DNA of 64,000 nt, taken from assembly GCA_036569465.1 (NCBI GenBank), contig DATCQO010000014.1:9507-73506 (forward strand), given 5' to 3'. The stretch is from Candidatus Microsaccharimonas sp. (GTDB taxonomy: Bacteria; Patescibacteriota; Saccharimonadia; Saccharimonadales; Saccharimonadaceae). This document shows, piece after piece, positions 56,377 through 63,632 of this stretch. Each line of letters starts with the position of its first letter. Position 1 is the stretch's first letter. The notes beneath the pieces are model-generated. The model worked only from the letters and a program-made list of their open reading frames with translations, was not told the DNA's origin and ran no database searches. The position numbers and the translations under genes were made by a program.

Positions 56377-57386
56377 GAATAGTTTTCGCCGTGGAATAGT
56401 TTTGAAACAGATCTATTTGTTGCGATTGCAGCAAGCGCTGATGCAAGCATTGGTGCGCTGCTAATAACGGTCAGCCTGTCGCCCATTGCTTCTTGTGCGT
56501 TATAAAGGGGAATTGTATCAACAACTGCCAGCTCGGTAATTGCAGAATTCTTCAGCCGTTCTAGTGCAGGATCAGAAAATAAACCATGCGTAGCCATTGC
56601 GATCACACCGGTTGCGCCAGAATTTTGCAAAGTATCGGCAGCTGATACCAGTGTTCCGGCCGTATCAATCATGTCGTCAATCAGAATTGCCGTTCGCCCA
56701 TTCACACCCTCAATGTCGTGTGGACGAGAAATCACACTTGAATCTGCACGGCTGCGTGATTTTGGAATGTGGGCAACATCAAGATTTAGCTGACTAGCGT
56801 AATGTTCAGCGACTTTTTGGCGCCCACCATCAGGCGAGACAATAACGAATTCATCAGGATTCTGCTCGGTACGTTTTCGGAGTGTTTTTCGGATCAATCC
56901 TTCGGCCGTCAGGTGATCAAATGGACCATCAAACACTGCTTGGGTTTGCGCGGAGTGCATATCAACACTGACTAAACGATTCGCACCGGCACCTTGCAAC
57001 ATATTGATCACTGTCGCAGCAGAAATAGGCTCACGACCCTGCGCCTTTCGATCTTGTCGTCCATAGGCCATATACGGCATGACGACTGTAATCTCGGAAG
57101 CAGATCCTCGACGCGCTGCGTCAATCATCACCATCAGCTCCATTAGTGAATCGTTCACTGACCCATGGCTAGTTTGAACGAGTGATTGAATCGCCAGTAG
57201 GTGCATACCACGAATTGATTTTCCATAACGGAAGTATTTTTCACCACTGGCAAATGTTTTGCGAACATCTTCACCCAGCGTCATACCCATTGCAGCGGCT
57301 GTATCCTGAGCCAAGCCAATATGAGACTCGCCGGATGCTATGTACACCTTGGACTTTTGTTTATCGCTTAATTCAATAGATTTCAC
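56373..57386 (-). CDS. prs: Ribose-phosphate pyrophosphokinase
   Basis: 337 aa. VDMHSAQTQAVFDGPFDHL, the PRPP loop ILIDDMIDTAGT and YMAYGRQDRK. Confidence 0.92.
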   Translation of the reverse strand: MKSIELSDKQKSKVYIASGESHIGLAQDTAAAMGMTLGEDVRKTFASGEKYFRYGKSIRGMHLLAIQSLVQTSHGSVNDSLMELMVMIDAARRGSASEITVVMPYMAYGRQDRKAQGREPISAATVINMLQGAGANRLVSVDMHSAQTQAVFDGPFDHLTAEGLIRKTLRKRTEQNPDEFVIVSPDGGRQKVAEHYASQLNLDVAHIPKSRSRADSSVISRPHDIEGVNGRTAILIDDMIDTAGTLVSAADTLQNSGATGVIAMATHGLFSDPALERLKNSAITELAVVDTIPLYNAQEAMGDRLTVISSAPMLASALAAIATNRSVSKLFHGENYS

Positions 57387-57491
57387 AGTGAAACGAAACT
57401 CCTCGTCCCACCGATTTGTATTATATGTTTAGCATAGCACGTCTTAGACGGTTGATAAAACGATTCTGATCTGTTAATATTAGTTTTGTAT

Positions 57492-57569
57492 CGCGGGGTG
57501 GAGCAGCCCGGTCAGCTCGTGTGGCTCATAACCACAAGGTCGTAGGTTCAAATCCTACCCCCGCAACCA
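57492..57569 (+). tRNA. Initiator tRNA-fMet (CAU), CCA encoded
   Basis: CGCGGGG...CCCCGCA acceptor with the C1:A72 mismatch, anticodon loop CTCATAA and T arm GTAGG-TTCAAAT-CCTAC. It closely resembles bacterial initiator tRNA. Confidence 0.9.
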
Positions 57570-57580
57570 AGATATTATTA

Positions 57581-57607
57581 AAAGAACTTCCTAGGAAGTT
57601 CTTTTTT
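57581..57607 (+). terminator. Terminator after tRNA-fMet
   Basis: AAAGAACTTCCTAGGAAGTTCTTTTTT. The palindrome GAACTTCC/GGAAGTTC is perfect and has a T run. Confidence 0.8.
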
Positions 57608-57759
57608 GTCGTCATGACGATAATAGAAAATACCACCTCAGGGCAAGGTGGTATTTCAATATGCAATCTGTCTTTTTTGGTCTTTAAGGTGCGAGTGCGA
57701 GGACACTATCTATTACTATAGGCACACTCGTTGAAGATACGCTGTGCTGAATCTTAACT

Positions 57760-58185
57760 TTAGCTATTATTTAAAAATAACCCAAGAATCACAAATCCCA
57801 CCCCTGTAACTCCGAACGAGATATAGCCAATTCTCTTTGCAATGTGCTTTGACTTCATCGTGACAATAGACGCAATAATGATTGAAGTAATCGACAATAA
57901 TGGTATGACAAAGAACTGCAGGAGATACAAAAAGACCGCATTCATCGTCCCCTCGCCTAGCGATTGGCCCTGTCCTTTTATCATACTCAGCGTGACCCAC
58001 AAAATAGTGACGAGAATCGGAAATGGCAGTGCCAGAACAAGCCCAAAAATCGATAGCGCTGTTTGTTCTTTTGGTGCACCTAAAACAACGTTCAGATCGT
58101 TACTGTAGTGATGATCACCTGTCGATTCAGTCACTTCTGAGGAGTATTCGATTGGACCAAGTGGTTGGTTTTTATCATCGTTCAT
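57760..58185 (-). CDS. Hypothetical 4-TM membrane protein
   Basis: 141-aa ORF abutting the upstream FtsB-like gene. Confidence 0.5.
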   Translation of the reverse strand: MNDDKNQPLGPIEYSSEVTESTGDHHYSNDLNVVLGAPKEQTALSIFGLVLALPFPILVTILWVTLSMIKGQGQSLGEGTMNAVFLYLLQFFVIPLLSITSIIIASIVTMKSKHIAKRIGYISFGVTGVGFVILGLFLNNS

Positions 58186-58656
58186 CTATTTATCGCTTGA
58201 TATACTTTTACTATAACCACCAAAGAGGAAATTGACCCATTGCTCGAGGTTCGACGACGCCACCTGAGCTGCTGGGGTTGTTGTCGACACGCGATCTTCC
58301 TGCAATGCAGCTGCACTATTCGGCGGTAACACCAGTGCATGCTCGCCGGGTCGTACCAGACCCAACGTATCCCGAACCGCAAGTTCTTGATACTCAATCG
58401 TCTGGTAGTAGTTCTTTTGCAAGGACAGGTTGTCACGCTGCAGCTGCGTCAGTTGTAGTTGGCGCTTCTTGAGGTCGATATCTTTCTGCAGCCCATAGTT
58501 ACGCTGCATCGCACCCAGTGACGCCCATACCCATCCGGCAGCAATCATAAAAGCCACTAAAATAACGACGTTATTAAGCGTCAAATACTTGTGGCGGATG
58601 TGATAAATTATTTTTTGTATGTTTATATTACGCATGGCGTTTTTACTATTTCTCAC
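58186..58656 (-). CDS. Septum formation initiator (FtsB/DivIC-like)
   Basis: 156 aa. Single TM segment VVILVAFMIAAGWVWA followed by a leucine-zipper-like coiled coil (LKKRQLQLTQLQRDNLSLQKN) and YQELAVRDTLGLVRPGE. Confidence 0.65.
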   Translation of the reverse strand: MRNSKNAMRNINIQKIIYHIRHKYLTLNNVVILVAFMIAAGWVWASLGAMQRNYGLQKDIDLKKRQLQLTQLQRDNLSLQKNYYQTIEYQELAVRDTLGLVRPGEHALVLPPNSAAALQEDRVSTTTPAAQVASSNLEQWVNFLFGGYSKSISSDK

Positions 58657-58712
58657 TCATTATAGCGCAGCCCTAGAAACGACGCCATAAAGAAGCTATA
58701 ATGTCTCTTATT

Positions 58713-58788
58713 GGGGCTGTAGCTCATCGGTCAGAGCAGGCGGCTCATAACCACTTGGTAGATAGTTCAACTCTATCCAGCCCCACCA
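58713..58788 (+). tRNA. tRNA with CAU anticodon, candidate tRNA-Ile2 (TilS substrate) or second elongator Met
   Basis: Cloverleaf: GGGGCTG/CAGCCCC, D arm GCTC-ATCGGTCA-GAGC, anticodon arm GGCGG-CTCATAA-CCACT (one C.A mismatch), T arm GATAG-TTCAACT-CTATC. The anticodon arm resembles ileX-type tRNA as I remember it. Confidence 0.8.
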
Positions 58789-58899
58789 TGATATTGACTT
58801 TATACTTTTTTATGATAAAATAATTATTGATATCTCATACTATTTAAGCTGAGGTGTAGCAAACTTATTCCCATCCGTTTACCGAGCCTTAGGAGCACC

Positions 58900-59247
58900 G
58901 TGAAAACACAAGATACGATCCCAGCCGGAGAGTGCATCCTACGCAACTTTCCTCCCGGAGGTCTGCGCAGTCACTTCATGGCCCTCGCAGAGTACCATGT
59001 ACTCTCGATCCAGTTGCTTCGATCGGCAGCACTTCGATTCATCATCGATGAGTTGGAGCGCAATGCGACCATTGAATCGGCGAGTGCCCTTTCTGGGTGG
59101 CTCAAGAGTCATGGCTCCAGCGCCGATTCATCGCAACAGCAACACTACACCGAAGCCTTTTGCGAGGCCTGGCGTATCGTCGAGACGGAAAATAAGTGGA
59201 GCAAACCCCGCATCGACACCGATTCAATTAGAGGATCCCGTCGATGA
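58900..59247 (+). CDS. Orphan hypothetical protein on a second GC-rich islet
   Basis: 115-aa ORF with a GTG start preceded by AGGAG. By hand count, 59001-59100 contains 54 G+C per 100 nt, versus 31 per 100 in the next gene. It is followed by the hairpin CCCGTC-GAT-GACGGG. Confidence 0.5.
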   Translation: MKTQDTIPAGECILRNFPPGGLRSHFMALAEYHVLSIQLLRSAALRFIIDELERNATIESASALSGWLKSHGSSADSSQQQHYTEAFCEAWRIVETENKWSKPRIDTDSIRGSRR

Positions 59248-59347
59248 CGGGGTTCTTTAATTTGGTTCTCACTTCGTGCATAATGCCCCACCAACCGTAT
59301 ACTAAATACCATTTTGATTGAAGTGGTATTTTAGTTAGGTACAACAA

Positions 59348-60265
59348 TCAATTATCGATATCGTAACTCGTTGAAGCAAGTGTCTTTTCTAGATTGTCGT
59401 AGCTTTTAATATTAATAATTGGTGAACCTGATTCTATAAGCTTTCCATTCTCAAGTCTAAAGAAATTAACATTATAAATTTGATCTTCACCGCAAGCGGC
59501 GCATGTATTATCATCCGAAGATCTCACATAAGAAACTAGGCCATTTTTACCAACATAAAAACCTTGGACATTCTCTGTTTTAATAGACTGTTTAGTCACT
59601 GCATTTACCAATAGATAATCGACATAACCGGATGGATAAATATAATTCTTGAATCTAGGGATACCACTTACAGAAACTGCCTCATTCTCGCCGCTGGTGA
59701 ATATGGACACTGCAGGTGGATTGAAGTTAGCGCCGAGAATAGACCAACCAATAGCTATGTCGTCTCTACCGTCATCATTAATGTCACTGGTTTTCATGGT
59801 CATAGCATAAAGTGGGGTCTCCATACCACTTACATTTACTGGGTTCGGCTGATACTTAAAATCAACCTTATACCCACCATTCACCTGATCTAATAACAAA
59901 ATGATATCGGATGACAGATCTGCTGGTTTTGTAGTAAATAAAAATGCATTCTTAACCCTAGCCGTTACTACTACAGTATTAAATTCAGAGTTACGAAAAT
60001 GGACAGTTTGAGTAGTGTAGGTGTAGTTAGATGGAATTCGGCTTCTAACTACATTATCGAATTTTTCAAACTCAAATCTGTTAGGTAATCCTAGATCAAT
60101 AAATCCAAAATAGGCGAAAGACCAAGTTATAACTCCAACCAAAAAAGTAAAGCCTGCTCCCCATAAGACACCGGGTATATTTTTAAGGAATGACTTTTCT
60201 AACTTAAGTCTTAAATTAGTTATCTTAGAATGGATAATTTTAGATTCAAATTTTCTGCGTTTCAT
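59348..60265 (-). CDS. AT-rich hypothetical membrane-anchored protein with an FG-GAP-like Asp-rich loop
   Basis: 305 aa. N-terminal TM segment VLWGAGFTFLVGVITWSFAYFGF. DINDDGRDDIAIGW resembles an FG-GAP/calcium-binding loop. Confidence 0.55.
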   Translation of the reverse strand: MKRRKFESKIIHSKITNLRLKLEKSFLKNIPGVLWGAGFTFLVGVITWSFAYFGFIDLGLPNRFEFEKFDNVVRSRIPSNYTYTTQTVHFRNSEFNTVVVTARVKNAFLFTTKPADLSSDIILLLDQVNGGYKVDFKYQPNPVNVSGMETPLYAMTMKTSDINDDGRDDIAIGWSILGANFNPPAVSIFTSGENEAVSVSGIPRFKNYIYPSGYVDYLLVNAVTKQSIKTENVQGFYVGKNGLVSYVRSSDDNTCAACGEDQIYNVNFFRLENGKLIESGSPIINIKSYDNLEKTLASTSYDIDN

Positions 60266-60378
60266 TATGGATTAAATATGGTTCATATAGAGTTTTTTTA
60301 CAACATATTCAGTAGCCAAATTATTTTTGTAAATTCTAGTAGATAAAGTTGTCAAAATAACTATGTAGTAAATACAAA

Positions 60379-60416
60379 GTAAATTTAGAGTTTACACCCG
60401 GTAAATTTAGAGTTTA
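60379..60416. repeat. 16-nt perfect direct repeat, 22-bp period
   Basis: GTAAATTTAGAGTTTA occurs at 60379-60394 and 60401-60416. A degenerate third copy GATAATTTAGAGATTA is at 60592-60607. Confidence 0.85.
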
Positions 60417-60661
60417 TAAAAAATAATCGTCAATACTTTTAGCTAAATAGTGTTGACTATGTTGATTCCTAGAATTAAGTTTTATATACTGACTTTAGAT
60501 ATGTGCATGAAGGCGACAATGCATTATAAGAAGGGTAGCATCCGTTAAACGTTACTAACCGCCTAGTAAGCGGTTACTTTTAGTCTCTCAAGATAATTTA
60601 GAGATTAACAGTAGCTGCCTACCGCATCTACAGTCAAACGAAAGTTTGAATCTCAAAGGAA

Positions 60662-60700
60662 ACAAAGAAGCCCCGTTCGAAAGAATCGGGGCTTCTTTGT
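60662..60700 (-). terminator. Terminator after the 60733..61008 gene
   Basis: ACAAAGAAGCCCCG / CGGGGCTTCTTTGT 14-bp stem with an 11-nt loop. The minus strand continues with TTTCCTTTG. Confidence 0.75.
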
Positions 60701-60732
60701 TGGTTGAAACAGTGCTTACAAAAAACTATTTG

Positions 60733-61008
60733 CTACCAATTACGCGAGGAACTCTTGAACCAGTTGATAGCGTTGGTATCCATGTTTTTCGACCACCAAT
60801 TCTCACGAACCTGTGTAACAAGAAACTCGTCGTTTGAATCAGCAACTGATGAAAGCTTAGTTACCCATTGTTCTGGGCTCAAGGTAGTATCGATAAACCA
60901 AACTGAACCTTGTGGATGACACCATCCTGACGCGCTTTGCAGTGCTGCTTCGACGCCGGCATAATGGCGTCCAGGGTTATGTAAATCATATGCAACAGAT
61001 AGAATCAT
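60733..61008 (-). CDS. Small hypothetical protein
   Basis: 91-aa ORF with its own terminator. Trp-rich. No family recognised. Confidence 0.5.
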   Translation of the reverse strand: MILSVAYDLHNPGRHYAGVEAALQSASGWCHPQGSVWFIDTTLSPEQWVTKLSSVADSNDEFLVTQVRENWWSKNMDTNAINWFKSSSRNW

Positions 61009-61101
61009 AGTCTATTCTCCGTATTATTAATGAGCATTTATATATGTTTAAGAAACCTTACTGTGTAAGCTTAGTGGATCTAAAACGTTTTTGTGTTTAT
61101 T

Positions 61102-61228
61102 TGGCGGCAGGTAAGAGATTCGAACTCTTGGAGCCAGCATTTATTTATCTCAAAGGAAATTTGTGACTTTTTCATACCAACTCGTCGGTTTTGGAGACCG
61201 CCGCCATAAGCCACTCGGCCAACCTGCC
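61102..61228 (-). tRNA. Aberrant class-II (Ser-type) tRNA-like gene: anticodon loop CUCCAAA (CCA) and a 39-nt AT-rich insertion in the variable arm; possibly a pseudogene
   Basis: The reverse complement reads GGCAGGT TG GCC GAGTGGCTTAT GGC G GCGGT CTCCAAA ACCGA C GAGTTGG [39 nt] CTGGCTC CA AGAG(T-arm AAGAG TTCGAAT CTCTT) ACCTGCC G CCA. The acceptor and T arm are perfect. The D arm TGGCCGAGTGG, T arm AGAGTTCGAATCTCT and discriminator G are tRNA-Ser-like. Confidence 0.5.
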
Positions 61229-61624
61229 TTGTTTATGTTGGATATCATTGATAGGGGGAAGTTATACACCACACCACTACCACTTCAATCAGAGGTTGCA
61301 GAACCCCATATATCAAGGGTAGAACCCAATGCGTGGTTTTTCAAGCTTTTTAATGGGTTATTTTTACCACACACAGCATAAGCATAAATTAACACCTTAT
61401 AGCGTCTATCCTTGTTGTAAATAAGAATCACTACGCTATATGTAGTGTGTCTGGAAGATCTTTAGGTTCTCAATTAGGGTAAGCTTATCTCGTTCAAAAC
61501 TCTTCAGGTATATATAAGAAAAACCAACTTATTACTGTAGAATTAGAAAGCTGGCTTTTTGCCAGTAGTTCCTTTAAGTTACGGCAATCAGCAGCATCCA
61601 TCCATCAAGTAGAAGGTTGAACTA

Positions 61625-63307
61625 GTGAAAACACGATCAAGGCTGGTTAGTATTGCGACAATTGCCGCGGTAGTAACAAGTATGCTGACGTTGACGGCAT
61701 CGCCCGCCAACGCAACAGGCAATGAGTTCGGTTGGGCTCTCCCCACGAAAGTTGTGGTGAATGATACACCAGAGCTCACAGGTACGGGAAGCGGAACTGC
61801 ATACTGCCCACCAGAGAATGGAGTTCAGAACGTCTCATACGTGATTACCGATGCCGACAACAACACGTACACGTCCCCCTCGTCGATCAACTTCAACACG
61901 ACCGACGGTGGCGCATTCATGTACGCGGCGCATGTCAATTTCCCAGTTGGGATCGCGCTCGGCGAGGCGTCGGTTGTGTTCTCGTGCTCGGATTCGTCTG
62001 GGGTAACCGAGACTTTCGATCCGATCACTACAATTGTGGCAGCCGAAACCACTGGTCTGAGCGTTGGTAGGACGCACTACTTCGGTAGTGCGCACCTCGA
62101 ATCTGTAATGGCATGCCCGTCGCAGAGCAACGTCACGGTTTATGTTTCGTCCTCGGCTTGGTATCAGAAGTCATCGATCTGGACCAACAACAAACAGAAC
62201 GCCCAGTACGCGACGACCACCGATTTATCGGGTAACTGGTCAGTGGACTTCGCGCTAACACCGTCGACGTCCCCTAATCCGGCTGTTCGGGTAGGTAAGC
62301 GACTCGGGTACTACACAGACGAGATCGAGAACGTGCGCGCCATGTGCCAGAGTCAGGCAGATTCATCCATCTACAAGTACGACAACGCTCTGCAGTTTAG
62401 GGTCGAGGCGGACCAGTACGTAGCTATGGGTGACTCCTACAGTTCTGGATTGGGTACGGATGATTACACGTTGAACCCGGATTGCTATCGTGGGTTCTCG
62501 AGTTACGCCTATTACCTTACCGACAACACACAGCTTGATCCTCCACTGTTCGTCGCCTGTGCGGGAGCAACTACGGATGACATCTTGTGGGCAAATCCGA
62601 ACGTAATAACCGAGTCGGCTCAAGACCTGAGTCTGACTGGTGATACCGAGTACGTCACGTTGACGATCGGCGGTAACGACGCGGGGTTCACGGACGTTCT
62701 GGACGGCTGTGTGCACCACATCGGTACAAGCTCGACGATCGGCTGGAGCTGCGCAAGCGATTCCGATATCACCGATCCGCTTGACGCGCAGCTTGCTGCA
62801 TTGGCAGGAACGAGTAGTGGTGCAGGAGTGGGGCCAGACGGCAGGAACGTTCACTCCATCTCCAGCATCATCGGAGCGATTGCACTTAAGTCGCCTGACG
62901 CTCACATCTACATCGCCGGTTATCCGCACCTGTTTGGCGACACATCGTCAAACTTCGTGTCGGACGGGAACGCACCTGGCGGTTACAAGTGTGTGGTTCA
63001 CAGCGGCACCCCCGAAGTGAGCGTCGCGCTTTGGGATGCTCAATGGATTAACGACAAGACGGACGAACTGAATGGAATCATCCACAGTGCAGTGAACGCG
63101 GCTACGGCTCAGTTCCCGCCTTTGCATGTGACCTACGTGAGCCCGTCGACTTTCAACGGTCACGGGTTGTGCGATAGCGGAACGGCTTGGATCAACCCGC
63201 TGACGTTCACGTCCGGAGGAGTCATCCCCTATCCCGAGAGCTTCCACCCAACAGTGGATGGCGTTAACTCGGGTTACGGAATCGCCTTCGCCAACGTGAT
63301 TAACTAA
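61625..63307 (+). CDS. Secreted SGNH/GDSL hydrolase (actinobacterial-type lipase/esterase) with N-terminal beta-rich domains
   Basis: 560 aa. GTG start preceded by GAAGG. Signal peptide ...LTLTASPANA|TG. The C-terminal half carries block I YVAMGDSYSSGLG, a conserved Cys (NPDCYRGFSSYAYY), block III TLTIGGNDAGF and block V ESFHPT. By hand count, 62601-62700 contains 56 G+C per 100 nt. Confidence 0.8.
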   Translation: MKTRSRLVSIATIAAVVTSMLTLTASPANATGNEFGWALPTKVVVNDTPELTGTGSGTAYCPPENGVQNVSYVITDADNNTYTSPSSINFNTTDGGAFMYAAHVNFPVGIALGEASVVFSCSDSSGVTETFDPITTIVAAETTGLSVGRTHYFGSAHLESVMACPSQSNVTVYVSSSAWYQKSSIWTNNKQNAQYATTTDLSGNWSVDFALTPSTSPNPAVRVGKRLGYYTDEIENVRAMCQSQADSSIYKYDNALQFRVEADQYVAMGDSYSSGLGTDDYTLNPDCYRGFSSYAYYLTDNTQLDPPLFVACAGATTDDILWANPNVITESAQDLSLTGDTEYVTLTIGGNDAGFTDVLDGCVHHIGTSSTIGWSCASDSDITDPLDAQLAALAGTSSGAGVGPDGRNVHSISSIIGAIALKSPDAHIYIAGYPHLFGDTSSNFVSDGNAPGGYKCVVHSGTPEVSVALWDAQWINDKTDELNGIIHSAVNAATAQFPPLHVTYVSPSTFNGHGLCDSGTAWINPLTFTSGGVIPYPESFHPTVDGVNSGYGIAFANVIN

Positions 63308-63323
63308 GAGAAGGGACTAAAAG

Positions 63324-63349
63324 GGGTGGTGTCGGAAACGGCACCACCC
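63324..63349. terminator. GC-rich hairpin with GAAA tetraloop between convergent genes
   Basis: GGGTGGTGTCG-GAAA-CGGCACCACCC, 17 nt after the SGNH stop. Confidence 0.55.
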
Positions 63350-63368
63350 TATCTTCATAATAAAGAGT

Positions 63369-63632
63369 TTATTTACTTATTTTTGCTTGAGATACAATTC
63401 CGCTTATTAATACTATTAGTCCAATTATCGCGCATAAAATCGTCAATATAACTCCGGTGAACCAACCAGATAGTCCAGCCGAAATACTACAGTGGCTTCT
63501 GCAAGCGATATCACCTATCGTTAGACAGACGAGATAAACAAGCGGACTTGCTAGAAATATAACAACTCCCGCGATGATTGTTGATTGAAAACTTTTTTGA
63601 GGTGTCTTTTTTCTTATAGCCATTATTGTCAT
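63369..63632 (-). CDS. Small AT-rich 3-TM membrane protein
   Basis: 87-aa ORF with hydrophobic segments IIAGVVIFLASPLVYLVCL and GVILTILCAIIGLIVLISGIV. Confidence 0.5.
   Translation of the reverse strand: MTIMAIRKKTPQKSFQSTIIAGVVIFLASPLVYLVCLTIGDIACRSHCSISAGLSGWFTGVILTILCAIIGLIVLISGIVSQAKISK

Noticed and set aside
61163-61381. Track ORF 61163..61381 (+)
   Set aside because: It overlaps the tRNA-like gene on the opposite strand and an AT-rich spacer, and has no coding features.
62363-62929. 188-aa minus-strand ORF and other antisense ORFs inside the SGNH gene
   Set aside because: Long antisense ORFs are expected in GC-rich DNA. This one is Arg/Val-rich, and the plus-strand frame carries clear SGNH motifs.
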